Assembly: GCA_964016885.1 (NCBI GenBank) | Contig: OZ024742.1 | Location: 339,698,001-339,762,000, forward strand | Source: Eledone cirrhosa | Lineage: Eukaryota | Reading direction: 5' to 3' | Length of the DNA: 64,000 nucleotides | Shown here: one piece after another, positions 11,760-24,914 of the stretch | Numbering within the stretch: position 1 is the first letter of the stretch | How the letters are laid out: each line of letters opens with the position of its first letter | The notes under the pieces: generated by a model | What the model was told of the DNA's origin: nothing | The model's input: only the letters and a program-made list of their open reading frames with translations | The model's database searches: none | Made by a program: the position numbers and the translations under genes

Positions 11760-12359
11760 ACAAAGGAGAGAAGCTGATGCTCAGTTCTGAACAAGGAGAA
11801 CACTATTTCAGTCGATCTCTCCATTACTGACACTATATGTCTATCGTATGTCCGACAGAAAGCTTTGAACTCAGAACTCAGAAAGTACCACCAAGCTTTC
11901 CTGTGCGGCTCTTAAACAATTTCACTAATCCGTCGCTCCTGGAATTTCAATTTATTTAAAAAACGCTAAAAAAGAAAAAAAGAAATTAAATGTTTCCACT
12001 GGGAATTGAACACACAATATAGCGCCCTGGAACATGTATCGTAATATCTAAACAGATGTGATAGCCGCTCAGCCAATTATATATAATTACATACACACGC
12101 ATATATATTCAAAGATATGTAAGTATGCACGTATGTATGTATGCTTGTATATATACATCTATAAATACACGCACACACACACACATGCGCGCACACATAC
12201 ACACACGCACGCACGTATACACACACATACACACACACTCACACACACACATATGTATATATAAACTTACATACACACTAATTATAAACACGCGTACTCG
12301 CACACGTATACATATGTGTGTGTGTGTGTGTGCCTCTGTATTTATATACAATTATAACA

Positions 12360-12397
<38 letters not shown>

Positions 12398-14029
12398 GCA
12401 TGTGTATATATATATATGTACATACATTATATATAGATATATTCACATATTCCATACAATTCATTTTCCCTAGCTTCTATAACTCTATATTGTCTAGAAA
12501 GTATTAATCAGTGGTTGTGGTAGTGTGTTAGGTGTATTTAGCAGAGAAGAAATAATTTAATAGTAGTTAATCAATAGTTGAAAGGTTAGTAGCATGTATA
12601 ATTAAATATTTTTTAAAATTATTTTTACTGTGGTGGCTGTGATGGTGCTGGAAGCGAGAACGATTTAACGTCAACAAATCGCTTTTGTTCGATATAGATT
12701 GGTTTATATCAGTATAGATTGATTTTTTCCACCACTTATATATGTATTGTTTAGATTGTTGTATTTTGTGATCTTTTGTAGTTGTTATTGGGTTTCTCAA
12801 TCGTATTGTTCTCTAAACAGCTGTAAAATAGTCAGCATATATCCGAAAATCTCTAATTAATAGGTATTTGCCTAGTAATCAATAGATATACACACAGACA
12901 CACACAAACACGCAGGTACACAACACACATACACAGTCACAAGCATGCACACAGACACTGGCATAAATAGGCACACATGCACAGGTATAAACACGCACAC
13001 ATACTAAGACACAGGCATAAACACGTACACAGACACAGGCATACACACGTACATAAATACAGACATACACACGCACACGCACCCGCACACAGACACAGAC
13101 ATAAACACACACATATACAGGCATAAGCATACACACATACAGGTATAATGATGCATACACACACAGGTATAAACACGCACACATAGATAGACATAAACAC
13201 GCTCGCACACATACACACACACAGACACACGCCCGTACGATGCCTGAGGAGGCAGAATGAATATTGTGTATGTGTGTGTGTATATGTGTGCGCTGAGTGT
13301 GAATGTGTGTGGATGTTTGTGAGTAAATACACACATGCACGCACACACATACGTCCTCCACCACTCTTTCTTTCTTTAAATACACACACATACACACATA
13401 TATGTATAAATATACATATATCCATACACATACACACACACACATGCACATTCACATATATATGCGTATCCATGTATATATATTACTATCAGTAGTTTGT
13501 GATTTAGGTCTGTATTACTTAGTTTCGAAGTTGCTAACATGTTTAACCACCTCAACACGTTTTGAATATTCATCCACTGTCTTTATTTCTACTGCGGGGC
13601 AGATAAAATAGGTGCGGGTGAGTAACGAGACAAATAAATAGCGGTTTACATCTGGAAAGTGAGAGAGAGAGAGAGAGGGGAGGGGGAGAATTGTAGTGTC
13701 TGGTCTGGGCCGAAAGCGAAATCGACATATTACTATGATACCAAATCCTTTTAAACTTAGAAACGACTCTCACATTTACACCTTTAGAAATCATAACAGA
13801 CGTTCTTAGCTTTGTACATCTGTTACACATGGAAACTGAAATTTTTTCACCTGAGCAGAAAAATCCTAAAAAGAACAAATTCGAACTCGAATTATAAGAA
13901 ATGATGCAAACGTTGCACCACATAAAACCTGGAAATAACCCATGTTTTGGTCTAAGTTATGAACAAAACTATCTTTAAAACCTATTAACCTTTAATAGGC
14001 ACACATTTTCACCTATATTATTGGCAAGG

Positions 14030-14444
14030 GGCGGTGGATTAGCAGTATCGGTAGAGGGTCTGACGCCATGCTTTGCAGTAAAGAGTTACGGCCCTTTATA
14101 GTCAGAGTTCAAATCCCGCCGAGGTCAACTTTACCTTTCATCCGTACGGGGTCGATAAAATAAAGTACCAGTAATACACTGATTAATTGCTGGCCTTGTG
14201 CCAAAAGTAGAAACAATTATTATTAGAGGGTGGTAGATTGGCAGTATCAGTAGAACGTCGGGCACCATGCCTCGCGGCATAGAGTTACGACCCTTTACGT
14301 TCTAAGTCCAAATCCCACCGAGGATAGTTTTGCCTCTCATCCTTACGGGGTCGATAAAATAAATTACTAGTAACGCTCTGGATCCGATATAATCGACTTT
14401 CCCTTTTTTTTCAAATTGCAGGCCGTGCGACAAATGTAGAAACA

Positions 14445-14491
<47 letters not shown>

Positions 14492-14685
14492 GGGCGGTGA
14501 ATTGGCAGTATCGGTACAGGGTCGGACATGCTTTCCAGCATAGTTACGTCCCTTTATGATCTGAGTTCAAATTCCGCATAGGTTAACTTTGCCTTTCATC
14601 CTTACGGGGTCGATAAAATGAAGTACCAGTAATGTACTGGGTAATTGCTGGCCTTGTGCCAAAAGTATAAACAATTATTATTATT
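14030..14685 (+). mobile_element. Three tandem SINE family A copies
   Basis: Heads at about 14030, 14228 and 14491, each inserted in the previous (ATT)n tail. Confidence 0.85.
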
Positions 14686-14949
14686 ATGTTGCGTTTTTTC
14701 ACTTAGAAATTAAGTAAGTAGCACATAAAGACACGGGTGAAAATATACCCAAAACTAGCAGAAAAGCTACCAATAGCTGAAACCTGTCAATACAAAATCA
14801 AATCAAATAATCAAGGGTATTTCTGCAGCTTATTTTAATTTCAGTACCGAGTAAGTAAACATCTCTGATGTTGGATAAATCTTCCTGAAACGCTAGAGTC
14901 TGGTTTTCTCATACAGAAATGGCTGCTACATGATTACACCTTTTGTAAT

Positions 14950-15200
14950 TGAGTAAGACACTTTATTTCACGTTACTCCAGGTCACTCAGCTGTAGAAAT
15001 AGGTTTCAACGTCACTGGTGCCAAGCTTTATCGGCCATTGCCTTTCCCTTGGACAACATTGGTGGCGTGGAGACGGGAGACTGGTATACATGGGCGACTG
15101 CTGGCCTTCTACAAACAAATCTTGCGCCCCAGGGTTGTGCCACGGAGGGAAACTTTCTATGTGCAAAACAATGGTCATTAGAGACCGATGGGGACTTAAA
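14950..15200 (+). mobile_element. 5'-truncated SINE family B
   Basis: Matches 41300-41550 (aagacactttatttcacgtt...ctcagctgtagaaat). Confidence 0.75.
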
Positions 15201-15263
15201 AAAATATACATATTTCCAATTTCACCCCGCCCGTGTCTTCAATCTATCTAATTTCTCATTCGT

Positions 15264-15299
15264 TCTTCTGATGAAGGACTAGCGTCCAAAACGTTAAGA
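15264..15299 (+). ncRNA. Minimal hammerhead motif with G12A substitution (likely inactive)
   Basis: tctt-CUGAUGA-a-ggac tagc gtcc-AAAA-cg-UU-aaga; sister copy at 32303. Confidence 0.6.
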
Positions 15300-15343
15300 C
15301 CCTCTTCCTGCTATCGATTGTGTTGTTATTTCTGTTTAACTTT

Positions 15344-15417
<74 letters not shown>

Positions 15418-15449
15418 GTGAAGCTATACGCAGATATATATACGTATAT

Positions 15450-16530
15450 ATTGGTGGTGGTAATGGTGATAATAATGGGGTTGGTGGTGGTATGTGTTCG
15501 TGGTGGTAGTGATGTTGTGGGTGGTGGTGATGATAGTGCTGTTGGTGGCAGTATGACGATTGTGGTATTGGTGGGGGTAATAATGGTGGTAATGGTGATA
15601 GTGGTGGTAGTAGTGGTATGGTGTTGGTTGTGGTAATGGTGATAGTGGTAATAGTGGTGGTAATGGTGATCTTGGTGTTGGCGGTGGTAGTAGTGGTATG
15701 GTGTTGGTTGTGGTAATGGTGGTAGTGGTGTTGTTGGTGGTAATGGTGATAGTGGTGTTGGTGGTGGTAATGGTGTTGGTGGTGGTAATGGCGATAGTAG
15801 TGTTGGTGGTGGTAATGGTGTTGGTGGTGGTAATGGCGATAGTGGTGTTGGTGGTGGTAATGGTGTTGGTGGTGGTAATGGTGATAGTGGTGTTAGTGGT
15901 GATAGTGGTGTTGGTGGTGGTAATGCCGATAGTGGTGTTGGTGGTGGTGGTAATGGTGTTGGTGGTGGTAATGGTGATAGTGGTGTTAGTGGTGATAGTG
16001 GTGTTGGTGGTGGTAATGGTGATAGTGTTGTTGGTGGTGGTGGTAATGGTGTTGGTGGTGGTAATGGCGATAGTGGAGTTAGTGGTGATAGTGGTGTTGG
16101 TGGTGGTAATGGTGTTGGTGGTGGTAATGGTGTTGGTGGTGGTAATGGCGATAGTGGAGTTAGTGGCGATAGTGGAGTTAGTGGTGATAGTGGTGTTGGT
16201 GGTGGTAATGGTGTTGGTGGTGGTAATGGTGTTGGTGGTGGTAATGGCGATAGTGGAGTTAGTGGTGATAGTGGTGTTGGTGGTGGTAATGGCGATAGTG
16301 GTGTTGGTGGTGGTAATGGTGTTGGTGGTGGTAATGGCGATAGTGGTGTTGGAGGTGGTGGTAATGGTGGTAATGGTGTTGGTGGTGGTAATGGCGATAG
16401 TGGAGTTAGTGGTGATAGTGGTGTTGGTGGTGGTAATGGTGATAGTGGTGTTGGAGGTGGTGGTAATGGTGATAGTGGTGTTGGAGGTGGTGGTAATGGT
16501 GGTAGTGGTGTTGGTGTTGGTAATGGTGGA
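15450..16530. repeat. (GGT/GAT/GTT) compound minisatellite
   Basis: Recurring ggtaatggcgatagtggtgttggtggt units. Confidence 0.9.
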
Positions 16531-16799
16531 TGTGAGAAAGGGAAAGAATAATAGCGGAAAAGGGGCGTAGTAAGAGGAAAGGGAGAGAGTTAACGGAGCA
16601 TGTTAAGATGGCGGACGATTTGCCGCCTGCTTCCTTTCTGTTGTTTTTTTTGGTGATCAAACAGACATATATAGCTTGTTAAATTATGGATGGCAACTTA
16701 AGTGAACATTAGTTGAGGTTGGACATATTTCCTGTTAAAAAGAGCAGATCAACTGTTATAGCTGCCTACAGCAGCAATTGTCGGCGTAGTAATAATTGC

Positions 16800-17460
16800 C
16801 ACCGTCACAATCACCACCACCATCACCATCACCATCACCATCGTCAACACTACCACAATCATTAACACTACCGCCACCATCACCACTACCACAAACACCA
16901 TCATGACGATGGTGACCGCTACCACCACAACTGCCACCACCACAACCGCTTTCACCACCATCACCATCACCACTACCACAAACATCACCATCACTCCCAC
17001 CACCACCACTACCGCCATCACCACTACTATCACCACCACCACACCGTCACCTCTACCATCACCACAACGATCACCACGACTACCATCACCATCACCACCA
17101 TCACCACTAGCACCACCACCACTATTATCATCGCCACCACCATCATCATCAACACCATCACCACAACCACCATCACCACAACCACCACCACAACCACCAC
17201 CACCACCATCATCACCAACATCACCAGCACCACAACCACTACCATGACCCCCGACCACCACTACCGCCATCACCACCACCACACCACCACCTTCACCATT
17301 ACCATCACCATCATCATCACCTCTACCATCACCACCATCCACCTAGCACCTCATCACCTTTATCGCCGACATTACCACCACCACCACAACCACACCACCA
17401 CCAGCAGCAGCTTCCCCCCACCATTACCATCAACCCAAGATCATTCATCATCGTCATTAC
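16800..17460. repeat. (ACC/ATC)n low-complexity region
   Basis: Degenerate trinucleotide repeats. Confidence 0.9.
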
Positions 17461-17522
17461 TATCACTTACACTGGCAGCCGTTCAGACGGCAGCGAATCA
17501 GGTGTGGAGGGACACCAGGATC

Positions 17523-17590
<68 letters not shown>

Positions 17591-17591
17591 A

Positions 17592-17862
<271 letters not shown>

Positions 17863-17863
17863 A

Positions 17864-17937
<74 letters not shown>

Positions 17938-17938
17938 A

Positions 17939-17969
<31 letters not shown>

Positions 17970-17999
17970 AGATCAAAAGATGGTTAAAAGACTTCCAAG

Positions 18000-18070
18000 T
18001 ATTTTATTATGCGCATTTCAAAAACTAATATCATCATGGGATGATATCTGCGTTTTCATCAGATAAAATA
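18000..18070 (-). ncRNA. Minimal type I hammerhead in the pseudo-LTR
   Basis: tattttat-CUGAUGA-long stem II-GAAA-tgcgca-UA-ataaaata. Confidence 0.85.
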
Positions 18071-20013
18071 GGGATACATGATATGAAGCTTAAAAACCAC
18101 TTGTGAATAGTGAAGTTTTAAATCAACATATGAAAAATAATTTAAGATTGATGTATGAGATTGGGAAAAAGTGAGGGGTGGGGGGTGGAAAAGGTAAGAA
18201 AGAGGAGGAGATGAGATAATTTAAAAGAATGTGAATAGATAATTTAAAAGAATTTGAAATTAAAAGTTAATGAGGTTTATGCATGAAGAGAAACAGGGAT
18301 TAAAAATAATATTAAATTAAGGTTTGTATATTGAAGGGTTTAATAATATGTGCGAGGAAAAGAAATTATTAATATGTATTATTAAAATAAAAATATTAAT
18401 GTTATTAAGGATATAATGTGAAAAGAAGTAGAAGAATGAATGAGTTATGAATTTAGAGGAATTAGTTAGTGTTTAAGTTTGTTTTTATGTAATGTAATAT
18501 GTGTGCGTAATATATGTACGTAAATAGTTTGTTTAAAAATGAGCGCAGAAAGCAAAGAAGAAAAGAATGTGTAAGGAAGAATATATCTAACATCAACAAA
18601 TATATATGTTTACGAAATATTTTCTAATGGTAATAATATAATATATTAAAAGAAATTAGTTAGGGTTTAAGTTTGTTTTTATGTATTGTAATATGTAGAA
18701 GTCAAACGAGCATGAAAGGAAGAGATAAGGAATTTAAGGAAGAAAAATCTAACGTAAAATAAAATGTTTATGTTTACGAAGGACTATTAAAGGTAATACT
18801 ATAATGTATTAAAAAAAAAATAATAATTTTTATGGCCAATGATATGAAGAAAGATGGAAGAATGGATAATGTTGTGGTGAGTAATAATAAGAATTGAGAA
18901 GTAGTTAGGAAGAAAAAGTACAAATTAGAGGTTAGAAATTAAAAAGAAAAGAGGAAGAAAGGAAAGTGATAAAGAGGAATGATATAGAATGAGTAACTTG
19001 TATTATATAATATATAATAAATAATATTGAAATAAGGTAGAAAGATGGGTATATTTTTAAAAGATATATAAGCCTTTGAGAAAAAGGATTTTAAACTAGT
19101 AAGGTATTAGATATTAACTGTATACTTTATGGAATGTTCTGTGGAATTTATGCAAGCAGAGAGAAAATAAATCAGTGCGTCTATTTATTATAGAATTGAA
19201 ATTAGATATAATGGTAAATTTCTCAGATAGATTACATGTTCTGGATAGGGAGGCATTCAAGTGAGGAGAGGCAGAACAAACTTTTCTCCAAGAGATGTTA
19301 TAGTTAATATTTTTGTCTGTCAAGGACCATATGAGTTCTGAGAGTGCCGTGTTAGTTCTTTTAAGTTGGTATTTAAAATACGAATTATGATTATAAAATC
19401 TAGCTTTTATAAAATCTGCGCTCATTTTTAAACAAACTATTTACGTACATATATTACGCACACATATTACATTACATAAAAACAAACTTAAACACTAACT
19501 AATTCCTCTAAATTCATAACTCATTCATTCTTCTACTTCTTTTCACATTATATCCTTAATAACATTAATATTTTTATCTTAATAATACATATTAATAATT
19601 TCTTTTCCTCGCACATATTATTAAACCCTTCAATATACAAACCTTAATTTAATATTATTCTTAATCCCCTTTTCTCTTCATGCATAAACCTCATTAACTT
19701 TTAATTTCAAATTCTTTTAAATTATCTATTATCTTCCAACGGCTTTTTAACTTCTCTCTGTGAGACAATATATATTTTTTCTCGGTTGTAAAGGCTATCT
19801 CTCTCTCTCTATCACCCATCTCTCCTCCTCTCTCACCTTCCTTCTTATACTCCTCCCCCACCATTCTTTACTCTCATCTCCTCCTCTTCCTTACCTTTTC
19901 CAAACCCCCTCACTTTTTCCCAATCTCATACATCAATCTTAAATTATTTTTCATATGTTGATTTAAAACTTCACTATTCACAAGTGGTTTTTAAGCTACA
20001 TATCATGTATCCC

Positions 20014-20084
20014 TATTTTATCTGATGAAAACGCAGATATCATCCCATGATGATATTTGTTTTTGAAATGCGCATAATAAAATA
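20014..20084 (+). ncRNA. Minimal type I hammerhead in the inverted pseudo-LTR
   Basis: tattttat-CUGAUGA-aaacgcagatatcatc ccat gatgatatttgttttt-GAAA-tgcgca-UA-ataaaata; palindromic stem III. Confidence 0.85.
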
Positions 20085-20204
20085 CTTGGAACTCTTTTAA
20101 CAATCTTTTGATATTATATTATTTATACTCCAGTCCTACAAACTGTAGAGTGCTACTTATCCGATATTTGCATTGCTTTATTGTGCTACAATAAAACTCA
20201 CCTC

Positions 20205-20313
<109 letters not shown>

Positions 20314-20551
20314 ATAAGAAACGGAAAATCGGTGTTGCGACGAATAAAATTTATTAGATATATTACAATCGTTTCTCTGGCGACCAGCTCCAGGTACGAT
20401 CGACGCGATGATCGAATCTGACACTGAAATCGCAAGAACCTCAGATACGTCTCGATTCCACGAAGAAGAGTTTCCAATATAGATATATATATATATATGG
20501 AATTCTATAAGAATCCAACATCTATAATTTTCAACAAACATCGGCGGGTGC

Positions 20552-20597
20552 TAAGCTCTGATGATCGCCAACAATGTGAAACAGATCTGTCAGCTTA
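20552..20597 (+). ncRNA. Type I hammerhead motif
   Basis: taagct-CUGAUGA-tcgccaacaatgt-GAAA-cagatctg-UC-agctta; stem I 6 bp, palindromic stem III, weak stem II. Confidence 0.7.
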
Positions 20598-20949
20598 TCT
20601 CCTTTTGTTTGTTGAAAAAAGAAGTAAGTGACATAGTCACTACTTTATAATAATAAATAATAATAATAGCGCAAGGTCTTCAAAAAGTTTTTAATTAAGC
20701 ATACAGTATATTGCCAAATTAACTATACATATATTCATGTATACATCGCTATTTCAGAGCACCAATCCTAATTTTATATGTACGGCAACACTCATCTTTT
20801 TCCATTTCTCCGAGGGTTATAAACCCCACTATCAGGCTAGTAATTTCTTTAGTCGAAAATAAGGTGAAAGCTTATAATTTCTAATTTCTAATTTCAAACT
20901 CTCGCACCGTTTCAAAAACATACTTACATGTTTACGTTTATAATTTGCT

Positions 20950-21033
<84 letters not shown>

Positions 21034-21067
21034 CATATATATTTATATATATATATATATATATACT

Positions 21068-21116
<49 letters not shown>

Positions 21117-21292
21117 GGCGTTCCTGCTCAGGATGGCAAGAAATATGACAAGAAAGATGGATTCGTTAGCTTCAAGTGATTAGGCCATAGATTGTGTTCT
21201 CCAACACAAAGGTACTTTCTCTCTTGCTTGAAAATGTAAACGTATTCACATATGTATCTATACACACGGACAATACATGTGCATACACATAT

Positions 21293-21398
<106 letters not shown>

Positions 21399-21659
21399 AC
21401 ACACACACACACACGCACACGCACACACACACACACACATATATATATTGGAACGTGGACATCTTTAAGATGTAATTATTCTTACACACATACATACACA
21501 CGGATAGATACACTCACACATACCCGCATAAAGAAAAAAAGCGAGTGGAGTGGGATCGACATGCTTTAAGTGATAATTATATATATATAATATACTGTAC
21601 CGATTGTGTTGTTATTTCTGTTTACCTTTTATATACATACATACATATATATATATATA

Positions 21660-21857
21660 TAACGAAGGAAAATGTGGTAAGGAACCAGATGGACCATAAC
21701 GCATCAAAGTACTCAATACTTAGGGTAGTAGAGTGGGTAATAGGAACAAGTATGACCCCGACGGCAGAGCTCAAGCCGTTTCTACAGCTAATTCTGGGTC
21801 CAGAATTAGCCGTCGAAACGGCTTGAGCTCTGCCGTCGGGGTCATACTTGTTCCTAT
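21660..21857. mobile_element. Fold-back retroelement end with half hammerhead (same family as 7065)
   Basis: Near-perfect palindrome 21740-21857 with apex aattctgg-gt-ccagaatt; between (TA)n tracts. Confidence 0.7.
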
Positions 21858-22301
21858 ATATATATATATATATAGTGAAAGAGTGAAGAATAACATGGTC
21901 GGCTGTACAAAAAGGGTTTATTTATAGCATTAAAAATGGTTTCATTGATCAGGTGAGTCTAAATGCCGCAAATCACTCGAAGTTGCATCACTCCACCTTA
22001 AATACAGAGTTTACTTCTGATAAAATCATCGGAATACTGGGGGGTTTAACACATGGCATTGGTATTTATAGATACATCGGAGAATCAAAACAATAACATC
22101 AATAATAAAAGATAATAAGTAAGTTAGACTGAATATAATAAAGATGTAAAAAATAGTAAAAAATAAGTACAGAATACGATTGGTGATAATAGTAGGTGGT
22201 GGTGTTAGTTAAAGTTACAGGGGTGAGTAAGTGTATGTGTAAAGTAATGATGACGGCAGAGATAGAGTACTCACAACCTCTAATGGATTACCTAAAACGA
22301 T

Positions 22302-22354
<53 letters not shown>

Positions 22355-22578
22355 GGGGGGGGGGAGAGAGAGACAGACACACGCACATATATACATATAT
22401 GTAAAAGGTAAATGGAAATAACAAAAATAGCAAAACAAACAACACAGTACATGGAAGAAGTATATTAGTTTAACGCTTGAAATAGCAGGAAGTTTATTTA
22501 CAGACTGTTATTCTGCTAATATATGTTTCTTTATTTTTCGCCAATCATAATGATTGATATGCATTTAGGTACATACAC

Positions 22579-22613
<35 letters not shown>

Positions 22614-22884
22614 CACACACACATATTCACACACAGTCCCACTGACGCACACACACACAGATACTCACACGCAGTCCCACTGATGCGCGCGCGCACTCAC
22701 ACACACAAACACATACACACAGACAGTACCACAGACGCACACACACACATACACACACATGTACTCGCACACAGTCCCAATGAGGCACACACACACATAT
22801 ATATATACACGCACACGTGCAATACACACGCACAACACACATATGTACACATATATCCTATATATATAGATATACACACACACC

Positions 22885-22934
<50 letters not shown>

Positions 22935-22951
22935 GAAACACACAAGCCTCC

Positions 22952-23080
<129 letters not shown>

Positions 23081-23286
23081 TATGTATACGTACATACATA
23101 TATGTATACACACGTACAGTAGTATGTATATATATATACATACATGCACACACACATATATATGTACGTATGGATTCACCGAACATTTATTATAATGCTC
23201 GGTGTGTTTGTAAACAAACATCCCGAATTAAGTCGTACAGTGTCTAGCAACCATCGTTGCTCATTTGTTCAACATTGACAAAGGAA

Positions 23287-23327
23287 CGCCGTACTAGTTT
23301 CAAGCTTATTAGCTATCGTCAGCAATG
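23287..23327 (-). ncRNA. Minimal type I hammerhead motif
   Basis: cattg-CUGACGA-t agct aata agct t-GAAA-ctag-UA-cggcg; stem I depends on G-U pairs. Confidence 0.65.
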
Positions 23328-24000
23328 TATACCTTCCTGCCAGATGATTGAACGTCTGAAAGTATATACTTTCCTTATGTATATTAACGCCTGAGCTGCC
23401 TAATTTGCATATCGAGTGAGTTAATCGGCCGGGCGCACCAAAAACGATAAACGGAAAAAATGAAACGAAATTTCATTTCTCACTTTTAGTATGGCTGTTA
23501 CTTAAATATAAGTATGTATACGTACATACATATATGTATACAGACGTACAGTAGTATGTATATATATATATATACATACATGCACACATATATATGTACG
23601 TATGGATTCACCGAACATTTATTATATTGCCATATATGTATACACACGTACAGTATCGTTTATCGTTTCATTTTTTCCGTTTATATATATATATATATAT
23701 ATATATACAGTATATATATACAGAAAAAAACCTAAGTTTATTATATACCCCGAATGAATAAATATTCGTAAATCAAATAAAGCCATAATTACATTTTAAC
23801 AAATAGTTCTATTAAATCACATTTGAAATGCATTTTATATTTTAAATATTATATCCTAATTCATTTATATATGCAGATATAAATATATGTAAATATAGTT
23901 TTGAATACATACACATACATATCTATCTATCTATCTTTCTATCTAGTTTGTCTCTCTCTCCCCCTCTCTCTTTATATATATATATATGAATAAAATTAGT

Positions 24001-24059
24001 CCTTCATCAGTGATCTTCCAACTTTCATTGGTATTTCAGCGCTTTAAAAATCATATGCC
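24001..24059 (-). ncRNA. Non-circularly permuted hammerhead candidate, copy 1
   Basis: ggca-UA-tgattttt aa agcgct-GAAA-tacc aatgaaagttg gaagatca-CUGAUGA-a-gg; stem I 8 bp with two G-U pairs, one mismatch in stem III. Confidence 0.65.
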
Positions 24060-24508
24060 TCTAGTTGGTGCGAGCAATAACAAAATAAGTTATTGGGACA
24101 ATAAAATAGGGTGACACGAGCGAGACATGTAAACAAACCGCGATGGTATTGCAACGGAAAGATAGGAAGAGACAAGTACATGATATCTGTAAGCTTAAGC
24201 TTGGTGAATTTATGGGCGAGAGATACAGACCATCCGACATGGGTGAGATGTGAGCGAGAAAAGGATTTCACACAGGTCAAACGGGAGAAAGTGAGAGAGG
24301 GGAGAAGCAGAGAGTGAGTGAGTGGAAGTGTGAGGAAGAGACCAGCCGAGAGAGAGTGTGACTGGCTGAGGGGGTAAAAAGAGGTGAGAGATACAGAGAG
24401 AGGAGAAGCAGTAAGAAAGAAAGAAAGAAACAGACAATCGCTGGTGAGGAAAAAATATAAATATGAGAAAAATGGAGCGCTGCGTGGTTACATATGAATA
24501 AAATTAGT

Positions 24509-24567
24509 CCTTTGTCAGTGATCTTCCAACTTTCATTGGTATTTCATCGCTTTAAAAATCATATACC
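24509..24567 (-). ncRNA. Non-circularly permuted hammerhead candidate, copy 2
   Basis: ggta-UA-tgattttt aa agcgat-GAAA-tacc...gaagatca-CUGACAA-a-gg; perfect stem III, G8A substitution. Confidence 0.6.
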
Positions 24568-24599
24568 TCTAGTTGGTGCGAGCAATAACAAATAAATAA

Positions 24600-24690
<91 letters not shown>

Positions 24691-24786
24691 CGAAACATAA
24701 GTCAATTGCATGAACGCATAATCCTTTATTTACTGCTATATATATTTCAGTATATATATTATTATATAATTATATAATTATATAAT

Positions 24787-24848
<62 letters not shown>

Positions 24849-24869
24849 ATTATTATATAATTATATAAT

Positions 24870-24909
<40 letters not shown>

Positions 24910-24914
<5 letters not shown>

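Larger units (their letters stand above)
17968..20116 (-). mobile_element. Truncated Penelope-like element with inverted pseudo-LTR
   Basis: GIY-YIG C-terminal remnant at 19114-19415 (KARFYNH..TALSELIWSL..ISW..CNLSEK..INRRTDLFSLCLH). Arms at about 17968-18549 and 19415-20116 are reverse complements; flanked by (TA)n. Confidence 0.8.
23985..24595 (-). mobile_element. Short non-coding retroelement with about 100-bp terminal direct repeats (period 508 bp), retrozyme/pseudo-LTR-like
   Basis: 23985-24085 is repeated at 24492-24593; the minus-strand interior is pyrimidine-rich; (TA)n on both sides. Confidence 0.65.

Noticed and set aside
11760-11870. Possible minus-strand hammerhead related to 20552
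   Set aside because: Stem I halves are present but there is no recognisable CUGANGA and stem III does not pair.
12645-12830. Possible long-stem-II hammerhead ending in aaa-cagctg-ta-aaata
   Set aside because: Both core segments are corrupted.
13570-13923. Minus-strand ORF with a nearby acceptor-like site
   Set aside because: No recognisable protein similarity and no convincing donor; cannot support an exon.
16604-16682. aagATGGCGG start or YY1-like motif
   Set aside because: The ORF closes after 24 codons with no clear donor or promoter context.
20360-20400. Hammerhead-like ctggagctggtcgccaga-GAAA-cgattg-ta on the minus strand
   Set aside because: The core is truncated and stem I is absent; at most a decayed relic.
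21927-22037. Minus-strand gtatt-CCGAUGA...GAAA-ccattt-UU-aatgc
   Set aside because: Core substitution plus unpaired stem III; plausible relic but not supportable.
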